Assembly (NCBI GenBank): GCA_023245145.1
Contig: JAHFKW010000002.1
Location: forward strand, 54,601 to 118,600
Direction of reading: 5' to 3'
DNA from: Candidatus Staskawiczbacteria bacterium
Lineage (GTDB): Bacteria > Patescibacteriota > Minisyncoccia > Minisyncoccales > Staskawiczbacteraceae
Length of the DNA: 64,000 nt
Of the stretch, positions 54,540 to 62,941 are shown in pieces. Each line of letters starts with the position of its first letter. Position 1 is the first letter of the stretch. The notes below the pieces were generated by a model. The model did not search any database and had not been told where the DNA came from. It saw nothing but the letters and a program-made list of their open reading frames with translations. The position numbers and the translations under genes are program-made.

Positions 54540-55067
54540 TTATTTAAACTGTAATTCGATTTTATCTTTATCTTGCATAATATAATTTTCGTACTCGGTA
54601 TTTTCTTTCCCGTTGACGGTCATCTTTATGTTAGTGCCCAGTGAGCCCATGTCTTTACCCCAACTCTTAAAAAAACTGCCGAGCCTTAAGTCTTCTTTTT
54701 TCACCAATCGATTAAACTCCATATGAACCACATTATCAGCCTCATGAGTATGAACCCCCATTTCTGTGCCTGATAATCCTATGCCCTTGGGTATTTCCTG
54801 TTTTACTCCTTTGACGTATATTTGCAAATCAGCATGCCAATGAAGACCGTTGTAAGATACAATGTCAGACTCCAAAATAGGCGGCCTTGTCGCAATATAC
54901 CAATCAATTCCTCCGATTGCGACTTCTATCAAAATGATGCCCAAAAACCAAAAAGCAATTTCTTTGAAACGATTTTTTTTAAGAGCCACTTCTTGAGCCC
55001 TTATTTTTTCTTGCCTTTTAAGTTCGTATTTTTCTTGATTGGTTAATAATGGTGGCTGAGTTTCCAT
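54540..55067 (-). CDS. membrane-anchored protein with conserved His motifs (HWH, HTHE), unknown function
   Basis: 175 aa; one TM helix; NGLHWHADLQIYV...GVHTHEADNVVHME; sits in the copper/Dsb operon. Confidence 0.5.
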   Translation of the reverse strand: METQPPLLTNQEKYELKRQEKIRAQEVALKKNRFKEIAFWFLGIILIEVAIGGIDWYIATRPPILESDIVSYNGLHWHADLQIYVKGVKQEIPKGIGLSGTEMGVHTHEADNVVHMEFNRLVKKEDLRLGSFFKSWGKDMGSLGTNIKMTVNGKENTEYENYIMQDKDKIELQFK

Positions 55068-55068
55068 A

Positions 55069-55812
55069 TTACTTGGTTAGCAATTGATCGATGATGATCT
55101 TAAATGCTGAATATGACTGGGCGCCGACGATACTAGTGCCCATTATTACTCCGTCATTGCTTGATTTTCCTACAAAAAAACTAGGTGTCCCATTTATTCC
55201 TAAGGTGCTTCCGTAAGCTATATCTTTTTCTACTTCATCTTTAAACTTATTTGAATCTAAGCATTGCACAAATGTTCCTACATTTAAACCGATATTTTTT
55301 GCGATAATGGGTAACTCACTTTGATCAAGCCCATTGCCATTTGAAGTGGTTTTAGTGAAAATTTGGTCATGGAACTTATAATATGCACCATCGCCCGTTT
55401 GATCCTTGGCGCATTGTGCTGCCATGGCTTCAAAAGTTGCCAATGGGTTGTGGCGCGGTACGGCAATAAAATCCCTATACACTAATTTCAGTTTACCCGT
55501 TTCTATATAATCTTTTTTTATCTTTGGATACACATCGGTAAAATGCCTTTTGCAAAATGGACATTCATAATCTGAAAATTCAATCATCGTTAAAGGGGCG
55601 TTGGAGTCACCCAGCACTGCGTCATCATCCACAGAAACTTTTACCGGCCCGCTTGGCTGATTATTAGTTGGCTGGTTATTGTTGATGACCACACTTTCTT
55701 TTTTGGAATTAGTGTATAAAATGGTGCCACTAGTTATAACTGCCAAAGCTATAATAGTGAGACATATCCATTTTATCATTGCCGAACCTTGAGTTTGAGT
55801 TTGATTTTCCAT
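55069..55812 (-). CDS. DsbA-family thiol:disulfide oxidoreductase
   Basis: Thioredoxin-fold CxxC (YECPFC), an N-terminal TM anchor and GINGTPSFFVG. Confidence 0.85.
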   Translation of the reverse strand: MENQTQTQGSAMIKWICLTIIALAVITSGTILYTNSKKESVVINNNQPTNNQPSGPVKVSVDDDAVLGDSNAPLTMIEFSDYECPFCKRHFTDVYPKIKKDYIETGKLKLVYRDFIAVPRHNPLATFEAMAAQCAKDQTGDGAYYKFHDQIFTKTTSNGNGLDQSELPIIAKNIGLNVGTFVQCLDSNKFKDEVEKDIAYGSTLGINGTPSFFVGKSSNDGVIMGTSIVGAQSYSAFKIIIDQLLTK

Positions 55813-55852
55813 AGTATATTTTCTTTTTTATTTAGTAATACTTTCAATTTTT

Positions 55853-56275
55853 CTAATTAACTACTTCTAAAGTTCCTCTGACCATTCCCATGGGGCAGGT
55901 AAATTGATACGTTCCAACATTTTTGGGAGTAAATTCTTTAACGGTGACTTGCCCTGCGTTTGGATTAAGATAAACCGCTCCGTCAAGCAAGCCATTTGCA
56001 ATCATAGACCCTGAATCGCATCCGGGCTGGCCTGAAGAAGTTATCTCCCATCTTACTGGGACACCGACCTTTACCTTAAAATAATTGGGATCATATTTTG
56101 ACGGATATACCGTCATTGCCACCACTTGTTTTCCATCAACCACTAAAGCCATGCCTTCTGTACCTTGGGTTACTGTCTGATTATCGCCAGGCTTTAAGAT
56201 AAGGTAACCCGAAACAGCAACGGCAATAACGATGATTGACAGTAAGACATATTGTATAATTTTATCTTTGTTCAT
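55853..56275 (-). CDS. cupredoxin-like domain protein
   Basis: N-terminal TM helix; FKVKVGVPVRWEI...GTYQFTCPMGMVRGTLEVV, typical of small cupredoxin-like proteins next to copper ATPases. Confidence 0.6.
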   Translation of the reverse strand: MNKDKIIQYVLLSIIVIAVAVSGYLILKPGDNQTVTQGTEGMALVVDGKQVVAMTVYPSKYDPNYFKVKVGVPVRWEITSSGQPGCDSGSMIANGLLDGAVYLNPNAGQVTVKEFTPKNVGTYQFTCPMGMVRGTLEVVN

Positions 56276-56297
56276 AGGAATTTTTAATAATTTATTT

Positions 56298-57344
56298 TTA
56301 CTTTACAAACAATCCTAATACATTTATTTGGTTATAGATATTGTACAGAGCGAAAAATAATACCAAGAATCCGGCCACTTTTGAGAATGTTTCTGCCAAA
56401 AGGGGCTTTTCTAAGAATTTCACACTGGAAAGCCCGATGAATAAAAGCATGGGTGCAGTCCCTAAGGCAAAAATTCCCATGATCAAACCTCCCTGGATTG
56501 CACTACCCGACAACAGGGCTAAACTTTGAGCAGTTATCGTAAATCCGCAAGGCAAGAAAAAAGTTAAAGCTCCCATCACAAACGGCATATACTTTCCATT
56601 AAAGTTATTTTCATTGGCTATTTTTCTGGTTATAAACTTTGGCATTGCGAATTGAAATCTACGGAAAGCACTGACTCCCAGCATTTGAAGTCCTAAGGCC
56701 ATCATCAAGAACGAAATGACAATAACTAATAACGCCGTCAACGTAAAAGATATTTGTAACCTGCTTCCAATGAGTCCCAAGAATCCGCCCAATGTGGCAT
56801 AGGATAAAATTCTCCCCACATTAAAGAGTATATGCGGCTGGAATTTTTGGTAACTGCTCTGCTCGTTGACGTATAACTCCTGCCACTGCTTTGACATTGA
56901 TAGCACAATGCCCCCTACCAATGCGGCACAGCTTGAAAGACCGGCCAAAAGTCCGAGTCCAAAAAATGAGATTAATGAAGACTTTGATCCGACATTCAAA
57001 AACCCTGATATGACCAATTTTTCTAAGAATAAAAATACAACCACTATGCAAAGAGAGATAGTAAAAGCTATCAAAGTCTTACTAAGGGGCTTCTCATTCG
57101 TGCTATTTTGTAATTCAGTTTTAGTTTCGTATGCATTGTTAAAAAAAGAGTAGTTATTTTCCTTGAAGATGGTATTTAAAGTTTCAATGCTCGGCTTTTC
57201 GTTGTCGTATTCAATAATGGCTTTCCCATTGGCAGTTGAAACCTCAACCGATTTTATTCCTGTAATTTCTAACAACTTTTTCTCAACTAGTATCTCGCAG
57301 GCAGCACAATGCATTCCTTTTACAAAATATGTGTGTTCATTCAT
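56298..57344 (-). CDS. HMA-domain fused to a DsbD_2/CcdA/TauE-like membrane protein
   Basis: N-terminal GMHCAACE HMA domain, then about 6-7 TM helices with the LPCGFT motif. Confidence 0.6.
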   Translation of the reverse strand: MNEHTYFVKGMHCAACEILVEKKLLEITGIKSVEVSTANGKAIIEYDNEKPSIETLNTIFKENNYSFFNNAYETKTELQNSTNEKPLSKTLIAFTISLCIVVVFLFLEKLVISGFLNVGSKSSLISFFGLGLLAGLSSCAALVGGIVLSMSKQWQELYVNEQSSYQKFQPHILFNVGRILSYATLGGFLGLIGSRLQISFTLTALLVIVISFLMMALGLQMLGVSAFRRFQFAMPKFITRKIANENNFNGKYMPFVMGALTFFLPCGFTITAQSLALLSGSAIQGGLIMGIFALGTAPMLLFIGLSSVKFLEKPLLAETFSKVAGFLVLFFALYNIYNQINVLGLFVK

Positions 57345-57434
57345 TATTTTTTATTAATTTAAAACTATTGTAAAACAAAAGTCCCGCAATGATATTTACC
57401 AAATATAGCTAATTACGTTGGTAAATATACAGGA

Positions 57435-57893
57435 CTAAATAGCTAGTGGGTAAATTTTAGAATTTAAAATGCCTTGAGAGAATGCTTCTTGTAAATAATT
57501 GAGAGGTAAAATATGAAGATTTTGTTTTGTATAAAGATGATATTGTAAAGTCAGTTTACGGCTCTCGAAAAATAAATTCCTGCCTAGTGTAGCAACAAGT
57601 AAAATTGCCATGATGCCCAGCATAAGCAGGTCTAACGAAACAACATTTTGAAGAGACATAGCAGATATTCCCTGCCAAATGCTGATGTGCTGTGCAAGAG
57701 TCATATTACATACATGCCCTTGCAAACCAAAGAAACAATCATTCATGGTGCCCAATCCATTACTATCCATTCTCATGCTATTCATAGAAGCAATAAGTCC
57801 AAAAATGCTAAATGTCAAAAAGACCAGTATAATTATAGCAAAGATTATTTTGATTAAAATTCTACTCTTACTATTTTGATTCATGTATTTCAT
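57435..57893 (-). CDS. membrane protein of unknown function, first gene of the copper operon
   Basis: 152 aa, two TM helices, Met/Cys/His-containing loop (MNSMRMDSNGLGTMNDCFFGLQGHVCNM). Confidence 0.5.
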   Translation of the reverse strand: MKYMNQNSKSRILIKIIFAIIILVFLTFSIFGLIASMNSMRMDSNGLGTMNDCFFGLQGHVCNMTLAQHISIWQGISAMSLQNVVSLDLLMLGIMAILLVATLGRNLFFESRKLTLQYHLYTKQNLHILPLNYLQEAFSQGILNSKIYPLAI

Positions 57894-57907
57894 TATACAG
57901 TAAGTTT

Positions 57908-57925
57908 ATACCCCCCATGGGGTAT
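57908..57925. promoter_or_regulatory. CsoR-type operator-like inverted repeat inside the operon promoter
   Basis: ATACCCC-ccat-GGGGTAT. On the minus strand it fills the spacer after TTGACA (57926-31) and before a TA-rich -10. Confidence 0.5.
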
Positions 57926-57934
57926 TGTCAAATG

Positions 57935-57965
57935 CTATGCAAAACAAAACCCCGCTCTGCGGGGC
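57935..57965 (-). terminator. intrinsic terminator after rpmG
   Basis: ccccgc-aga-gcgggg, followed by ttttgtttt on the minus strand. A second GC hairpin gcctgcc/ggcaggc lies just upstream. Confidence 0.7.
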
Positions 57966-58003
57966 TTTGTCGCCTGCCTGCCGGCTGGCAGGCACAATAA
58001 AGA

Positions 58004-58168
58004 CTAAGCCTTTTTGTTTTCCTTGTGCGGGGTGTGTTTTTTGCACGTATTGCAAAACTTAGACATCTCTAACTTATTATCCCCCATTGCTTTGGTTTTT
58101 TTGAGGAAATAGTTGAAGTTTTTGCACTTGGTACACTGAATTTTTAGAAATGGTTTTTTTGTGGCCAT
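58004..58168 (-). CDS. rpmG: 50S ribosomal protein L33
   Basis: Below the ORF-track cutoff. Hand translation gives MATKKPFLKIQCTKCKNFNYFLKKTKAMGDNKLEMSKFCNTCKKHTPHKENKKA (CxxC...CxxC L33 pattern). Confidence 0.85.
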   Translation of the reverse strand: MATKKPFLKIQCTKCKNFNYFLKKTKAMGDNKLEMSKFCNTCKKHTPHKENKKA

Positions 58169-58245
58169 GATTTTAGAAAATAGAAATTAGAAATATAGAA
58201 ACTAGAATATAAAAATACTAACACATTCTAATCAATAATGCAATG

Positions 58246-58496
58246 AGCCGATGGTGGGAATTGGACCCACGACCTTTTCCTTCGCCTATACCTCTTTTTT
58301 ATGTATTGAAGAGGGCTAGACTGTATCTTTTCGCCAGAGGCGAACCCTTGTCAGTCGTTCGGGCGCTGAATGCGCCACGGTCTTGGCCATTAAAGTGGCT
58401 ATTAACCGTAATTCGGGATTCATTACTAAATTGCTTTAATAATGGGCAGGCTTTGCGAGCCACCATGGAAATGCTCTACCACTGAGCTACATCGGC
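58246..58496 (-). tRNA. tRNA-Thr (anticodon GGT) interrupted by a 179-nt intron between nt 36 and 37
   Basis: Exon 1 (58496-58462) is GCCGATG-TA-GCTC-AGTGGTA-GAGC-A-TTTCC-ATGGT. Exon 2 (58282-58246) is AA-GGAAA-AGGTC-GTGGG-TCCAATT-CCCAC-CATCGGC-T. The acceptor and anticodon stems pair only across the insert. Confidence 0.8.
58283..58461 (-). ncRNA. group I intron (compact, no ORF)
   Basis: The 5' exon ends in U and the insert ends in G. P1-P9 can be drawn by hand, including a P2 GNRA (GCAA) hairpin, J3/4 GAAUU, J5/4 CAAGA, J8/7 AAAGAUA and P7 GACUG/CAGUC with a bulged C. See finding. Confidence 0.7.
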
Positions 58497-58500
58497 AAAC

Positions 58501-58580
58501 TAAGTTAAAGGTTATCAAGTTTTAAAGTTTATCAAGTCGACTTTATAACTTTTAACTTTATAACTTGAAACTTCACACTG
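58501..58580 (+). repeat. ~80-bp quasi-palindromic repeat element, copy 3 (between tRNA-Tyr and tRNA-Thr)
   Basis: taagttaaaggttatcaagttttaaagtttatcaagtcgactttataacttttaactttataacttgaaacttc. Confidence 0.8.
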
Positions 58581-58663
58581 TGGGCAGGATAGGACTTGCA
58601 CCTATGAAGGGGAAACCCCGCTAGATTTACAGTCTAGTGCCTTTGCTGCTCAGCCACCTGCCC
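58581..58663 (-). tRNA. tRNA-Tyr (anticodon GTA), long variable arm
   Basis: GGGCAGG...CTAGA-CTGTAAA-TCTAG-CGGGGTTTCCCCTTC-ATAGG-TGCAAGT-CCTAT-CCTGCCC-A; 83 nt. Confidence 0.85.
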
Positions 58664-58692
58664 ATGCAAAAATCATACCAAAAATTTCTTAT

Positions 58693-59355
58693 TTATTCAA
58701 TCACCTTTCCGTGCCCCCCTTTCCACGCTTCAATTTTTTTGTGGTCGCCAGATAATAATACTTTTGGGACCCGCCAGTTTTTAAAAACTTCAGGGCGAGT
58801 ATATTGCGCATACTCAATGAATCCCCCGCTTTTGGTCACGCGCTCTTTTAGTAATTCTTTTTTCCCAATCACCCCTGGCACTAAACGCGAAATCGCTTCC
58901 ATACACACCATCGCCGGCAGTTCTCCACCCATCAAATCGTAATCGCCAATGGACAACTCCATGTCCGCAATTTTTTGTGCCACTCTTTCATCCACGCCCT
59001 CATAACGCCCACAAATAAAAATAATCTGGTCCAGCTTTGAAAGCTTATGCGCCATTTTTTGGTTGAACTTTTCACCGCGCGGAGTAAATAAAACAACTTT
59101 TCTTTTTTTACTTGATAACTTTAAACTTGATAACTTGATAACTGCTTTATGTATCGGCTCAACTTTTAACACCATCCCCAATCCCCCGCCAAACGGCCGA
59201 TCATCCACCGTGCCACGCTCGTCATCGGCAAAATCCCGTAAATTATGGGCATTAATTTTTATCAGTTTTAACTTTTGTGCGCGCGCAATCAAACTCTCGC
59301 TCAAATATGAGCTAAACATTTCAGGAAAAATAGTAATAATATCAAATTTAATCAT
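58693..59355 (-). CDS. trmD: tRNA (guanine37-N1)-methyltransferase (start trimmed to MIKFDIITIFPEMF)
   Basis: TrmD motifs (ITIFPEMF, GRYEGVDERV, SIGDYDLMGGELPAM). The longer track start would include the upstream terminator hairpin. Confidence 0.9.
   Translation of the reverse strand: MIKFDIITIFPEMFSSYLSESLIARAQKLKLIKINAHNLRDFADDERGTVDDRPFGGGLGMVLKVEPIHKAVIKLSSLKLSSKKRKVVLFTPRGEKFNQKMAHKLSKLDQIIFICGRYEGVDERVAQKIADMELSIGDYDLMGGELPAMVCMEAISRLVPGVIGKKELLKERVTKSGGFIEYAQYTRPEVFKNWRVPKVLLSGDHKKIEAWKGGHGKVIE
59111..59143. repeat. in-CDS copy of the cttgataac tandem motif (inside trmD)
   Basis: cttgataactttaaacttgataacttgataact, encoding AVIKLSSLKLSSKK. Confidence 0.75.
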
Positions 59356-59361
59356 ACTTTT

Positions 59362-59397
59362 TACAACAAAAAACTGCGGTAATAGTACCACAGTTTT
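59362..59397 (-). terminator. intrinsic terminator after the KH-domain gene
   Basis: Minus-strand stem aaaactgtgg / ccgcagtttt (one G.U pair) followed by a T-run. Confidence 0.65.
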
Positions 59398-59410
59398 TCG
59401 TTTTTTTCAA

Positions 59411-59731
59411 TTAAAGCGAGATGTTATCCAAATCGTCTGATGCCACTTCTTTCTTTTCAGAAGTTTTCATCATTCTACCACCCTCGGGTTCCTCAATTTT
59501 AAGGTTAACGCGAGCATGGTTTTTCAATCCCACAATTCTCACCAAGTTTCTGATAGCTTTGGCGGTTGAGCCTTCTCGTCCGATGATTTGCCCCATATCC
59601 GCAGGGTTGACCATCAGTGAAAGTAAAACTCCCATTTCGTCAACTTTCCTTTCCACTTTTACGTCTTTGGGATTGTCAACTAAGGCGCGAACCACATATT
59701 CAAGAAACTCTTTGTCAAAATCTTGTGCCAT
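59411..59731 (-). CDS. KH-domain RNA-binding protein (YlqC/UPF0109-like) with acidic C-terminal extension
   Basis: LEYVVRALVDNPKDVKVE...GQIIGREGSTAKAIRNLV (GxxG KH motif), in the usual position upstream of trmD. Confidence 0.8.
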   Translation of the reverse strand: MAQDFDKEFLEYVVRALVDNPKDVKVERKVDEMGVLLSLMVNPADMGQIIGREGSTAKAIRNLVRIVGLKNHARVNLKIEEPEGGRMMKTSEKKEVASDDLDNISL

Positions 59732-59874
59732 GGTTTTGTTCTGTTAATTTTATATTTCTGTCTCGCTGTGCGAGATCTGGCGTAGCCAGACAGCCGACCT
59801 ATCTGCACGTAATTTAATTGTAGCTATTTTAAACATTATGTCAAACTTTTTAAGAGATATATCGGGTTTGGAAT

Positions 59875-61689
59875 TTATCCTTTCGATTTTCGTTCAGCTT
59901 GTTTTTGGGCGATTTCAGTAAGATACATTTTCCGAATACGTACATTTTTGGGCGTAATTTCAACTAGCTCATCGTCGCCGATGTATTCTAGGGCGTCTTC
60001 CAAACCCATGTCTTTGGGAATATTAAAATGCTCATCACTGCCCTCGCCCTTGCTTCGCATATTGGAAAGTTGTTTGGTTTTGCACACGTTAACACGAATA
60101 TCTTCACCGCGTGAATTTTGCCCCACCACTTGACCTTCGTAGATTTGTATACCATGATCCAAAAACATAACCCCTCTATCTTGTACGTTAATTAAACCAT
60201 AAAAATTAGTGACTCCACTCTCTGAAGCAATTAGTGAGCCATTAATCCGTTCTTTCCAACTTCCTGGATCGGGCAAATACTGATGAAATGAAGTGTTCAT
60301 AATTCCAAGTCCTTTAGTATCTGTCAGAAATTCGTTTCTGTACCCAAATAATCCTTTGGTAGGAACGATAAATTCCAAAAATACAATGCCATTGTTAGTC
60401 CGCATTTCCTTGAGTTCTGCCTTACGTTCGCCCATTTTCTGCATAATAGAGCCTTGATATTGCTCGGGGACTTCAATAAAAATCTTTTCGTAGGGGGCGT
60501 AAGCTTTGCCTTCCACTTGTCGCATAATAACTTGTGGACGGGAAACCTGAAATTCATAGCCTTCTCTTCGCAAACGTTCAATCAAAATGGCTAAATGTAG
60601 CTCTCCGCGTCCCGAAACAATCCAGTGAGTTGGGTCAATTTCTTCCACGCGTAAAGCCACGTCGGTTTCCAACTCTTTAAATAATCTTTCCTTAATCTGA
60701 CGTGAAGTGCAAAATTCTCCTTCTTTTCCGGCAAAAGGACTGTCGTTAACCATGAAGGTCATTTTGACGGTTGGTTCTTCGATGTTAATGAGTGGCAGAG
60801 CTTCTGGACTTTCCACATCGGCAATAGTCTCTCCAATAGTGGCATCTTCAATTCCGGCCACGGCCACAATATCACCGGCCTGTGCTGCCTCTGTCTCAAT
60901 TTTTCCAAGACCCGCAAACGTCATCAATGAAGTCAGTTTATATTTCTTCTGAACTCCTTGGCGATTAATTTGCATTACTTCTTGTCCAGCCTTAATCGCT
61001 CCATTATAAATTCGGCCAATAGCAATTCTGCCCTTGAAGTTGTCGGCGGTAATAGAAGTTACCAACATTTGTAAAGGTTTTGCGGTGTCAGCAATCGGTG
61101 AAGGAATATGTTGAGCAATGGCTTCAAAAAGTGGCGTAATGTCGGTCATTTGTGACAAATCTGCTTCCACGCCAGCTTTACCATCTCTGCCTGAAGCGTA
61201 AAGTACTGGAAAATCAAACGAATGGTCACCGGCTCCCAGTTCCAAAAACAATTCAAAGGTGGCATCCAATGCAAATTGGCAACGCGCACCGGGTTTATCA
61301 ATTTTATTAATCACAATAATAATTTTATGGCCCATTTCCAAGGCTTTTTTCAAAACGAAACGGGTTTGAGGCATTGGGCCCTCTTTGGCATCAATCAACA
61401 AAAGACAACCGTCGGCCATGTTTAAAACTCGCTCCACTTCTCCGCCAAAATCCGCGTGGCCGGGCGTGTCAATAATGTTGATTTTAATACCTTGATACTG
61501 CACGGAAGCATTTTTGGAAAAAATGGTGATCCCCCGTTCTCGCTCTAATTCATTGCTATCCATAATCATTTCCTGATCTTTGGCTTCTTTGTTTAAGTGA
61601 GTTTTTGATTGACGCAAAAGCGCGTCCACCAAAGTGGTCTTTCCGTGGTCAACGTGAGCAATAATGGCAATATTTCGGATATTAATCAT
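59875..61689 (-). CDS. typA: translational GTPase TypA/BipA (start trimmed to [19 protein letters not shown])
   Basis: G1 [10 protein letters not shown]3 DTPGH, G4 NKID and the BipA-type C-terminal domain. Confidence 0.9.
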   Translation of the reverse strand: MINIRNIAIIAHVDHGKTTLVDALLRQSKTHLNKEAKDQEMIMDSNELERERGITIFSKNASVQYQGIKINIIDTPGHADFGGEVERVLNMADGCLLLIDAKEGPMPQTRFVLKKALEMGHKIIIVINKIDKPGARCQFALDATFELFLELGAGDHSFDFPVLYASGRDGKAGVEADLSQMTDITPLFEAIAQHIPSPIADTAKPLQMLVTSITADNFKGRIAIGRIYNGAIKAGQEVMQINRQGVQKKYKLTSLMTFAGLGKIETEAAQAGDIVAVAGIEDATIGETIADVESPEALPLINIEEPTVKMTFMVNDSPFAGKEGEFCTSRQIKERLFKELETDVALRVEEIDPTHWIVSGRGELHLAILIERLRREGYEFQVSRPQVIMRQVEGKAYAPYEKIFIEVPEQYQGSIMQKMGERKAELKEMRTNNGIVFLEFIVPTKGLFGYRNEFLTDTKGLGIMNTSFHQYLPDPGSWKERINGSLIASESGVTNFYGLINVQDRGVMFLDHGIQIYEGQVVGQNSRGEDIRVNVCKTKQLSNMRSKGEGSDEHFNIPKDMGLEDALEYIGDDELVEITPKNVRIRKMYLTEIAQKQAERKSKG

Positions 61690-61781
61690 GTTCTCAATTA
61701 TAATACAAAAAACTATAAATGTAAACAAAAACCCTGCCTACCATCAGTAGGCGTCCCCGATTAGAGCGATTTTAGGTGATA

Positions 61782-62279
61782 TTATTCTACGATAATTTTT
61801 CCGAATTTTGAGGCATTCACGTGGTTATGATACCCAAAGCTACCTGCTTTAGTGAAGGTAAAAGACCAAGATTCACCCGAAGCAACAGATTTACATTCAT
61901 CAAAAGAAGTATTGGCCGTATCGGGGCAATGCGACTTTAAATCAGTTCCGCTATAAACAATATGCGAAGGATGCATTGCCGAACCAACCCACATTCCTTC
62001 TGAGCTTTGGTTTTTCCAAATAACCGTATCCCCCACTTTAATATTCAGGTTTGAAGGTGAAAATCCAGAATCGGTATAAACTACTTCATGGTTTTTTAGA
62101 ACACCAACCTCGATTTTAACGTCCGGATTTTCAGCGGTAATAATGTTTTCATTATTAGTCGGTTGAGTGTTGCCAACATCTTGAACCACCGGGACTGAAC
62201 TTTTGGGACTCATAAAAAACCAGGCTCCCACGATGATTAAAACAACCACGATGATACTGATGATAATATTTTTACTCAT
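61782..62279 (-). CDS. membrane-anchored cupredoxin-like protein
   Basis: TM helix, then FSPSNLNIKVGDTVIWKNQS...GYHNHVNASKFGKIIVE. Confidence 0.5.
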   Translation of the reverse strand: MSKNIIISIIVVVLIIVGAWFFMSPKSSVPVVQDVGNTQPTNNENIITAENPDVKIEVGVLKNHEVVYTDSGFSPSNLNIKVGDTVIWKNQSSEGMWVGSAMHPSHIVYSGTDLKSHCPDTANTSFDECKSVASGESWSFTFTKAGSFGYHNHVNASKFGKIIVE

Positions 62280-62325
62280 TATATGTCTTGTTAATTATAT
62301 TGATTTTATTATATACTAAAATAAA

Positions 62326-62925
62326 ATGAAAAACAAAATCATTCGTTATACTATTATAGCTTTGGCTTGGATTGCCGTACTGTATCCTCTTTGGATGCGC
62401 ATTGGCAGTCTGCCATGGATTTTTAATAAATCACTTTTAACTAATCTATTTCCCCTATTTGGTATTTTGGCCTTTACGTTATTATGGCTTCATTCTGTGG
62501 CTGGAGCTTTTGAATCTTTTTTACGAAGATATATTAATTTTGATTGGTTCGTTCACATTACTGCCAGCATTATTTTCTGGTGCATTCTATTGCATCCGCT
62601 ATTACTTTTGGTAAGTCTGGATTTTAATATTTCTAATTTATTTTTTTACTACGGAGTGAAATTTGTACTTCTGGGAATAATTGGGTGGCTCCTGCTACTA
62701 ACCTATGACGTTTCAAAGGCGTTAAAAAAACATGCGTTTTTTTCTAGGAACTGGAATACGGTTTTGATTGTTAGTAATTTGGGTTTCGTACTAACATTTT
62801 TTCACTCTTTGTATTTGGGTAGCGATTTGCAGAGTGGACCACTTAGAACACTTTGGATTTTCTATGGTACTACGGCTATTATTTGTCTCATATATACTTA
62901 TGTAATCAAAAAGCACCTCCGTTAA
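62326..62925 (+). CDS. six-TM membrane protein, possible ferric-reductase/MsrQ-like haem-binding domain
   Basis: Conserved-looking His residues in TM helices (LWLHSVAG, ILLHPLLL, FFHSLYLG). Weak assignment. Confidence 0.35.
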   Translation: MKNKIIRYTIIALAWIAVLYPLWMRIGSLPWIFNKSLLTNLFPLFGILAFTLLWLHSVAGAFESFLRRYINFDWFVHITASIIFWCILLHPLLLLVSLDFNISNLFFYYGVKFVLLGIIGWLLLLTYDVSKALKKHAFFSRNWNTVLIVSNLGFVLTFFHSLYLGSDLQSGPLRTLWIFYGTTAIICLIYTYVIKKHLR

Positions 62926-62941
62926 GTGAGGTGCTTTTTTG

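Noticed and set aside
58243-58485. 80-aa ORF on the + strand.
   Set aside because: It lies entirely antisense to the intron-containing tRNA-Thr, so the RNA structure explains the region.
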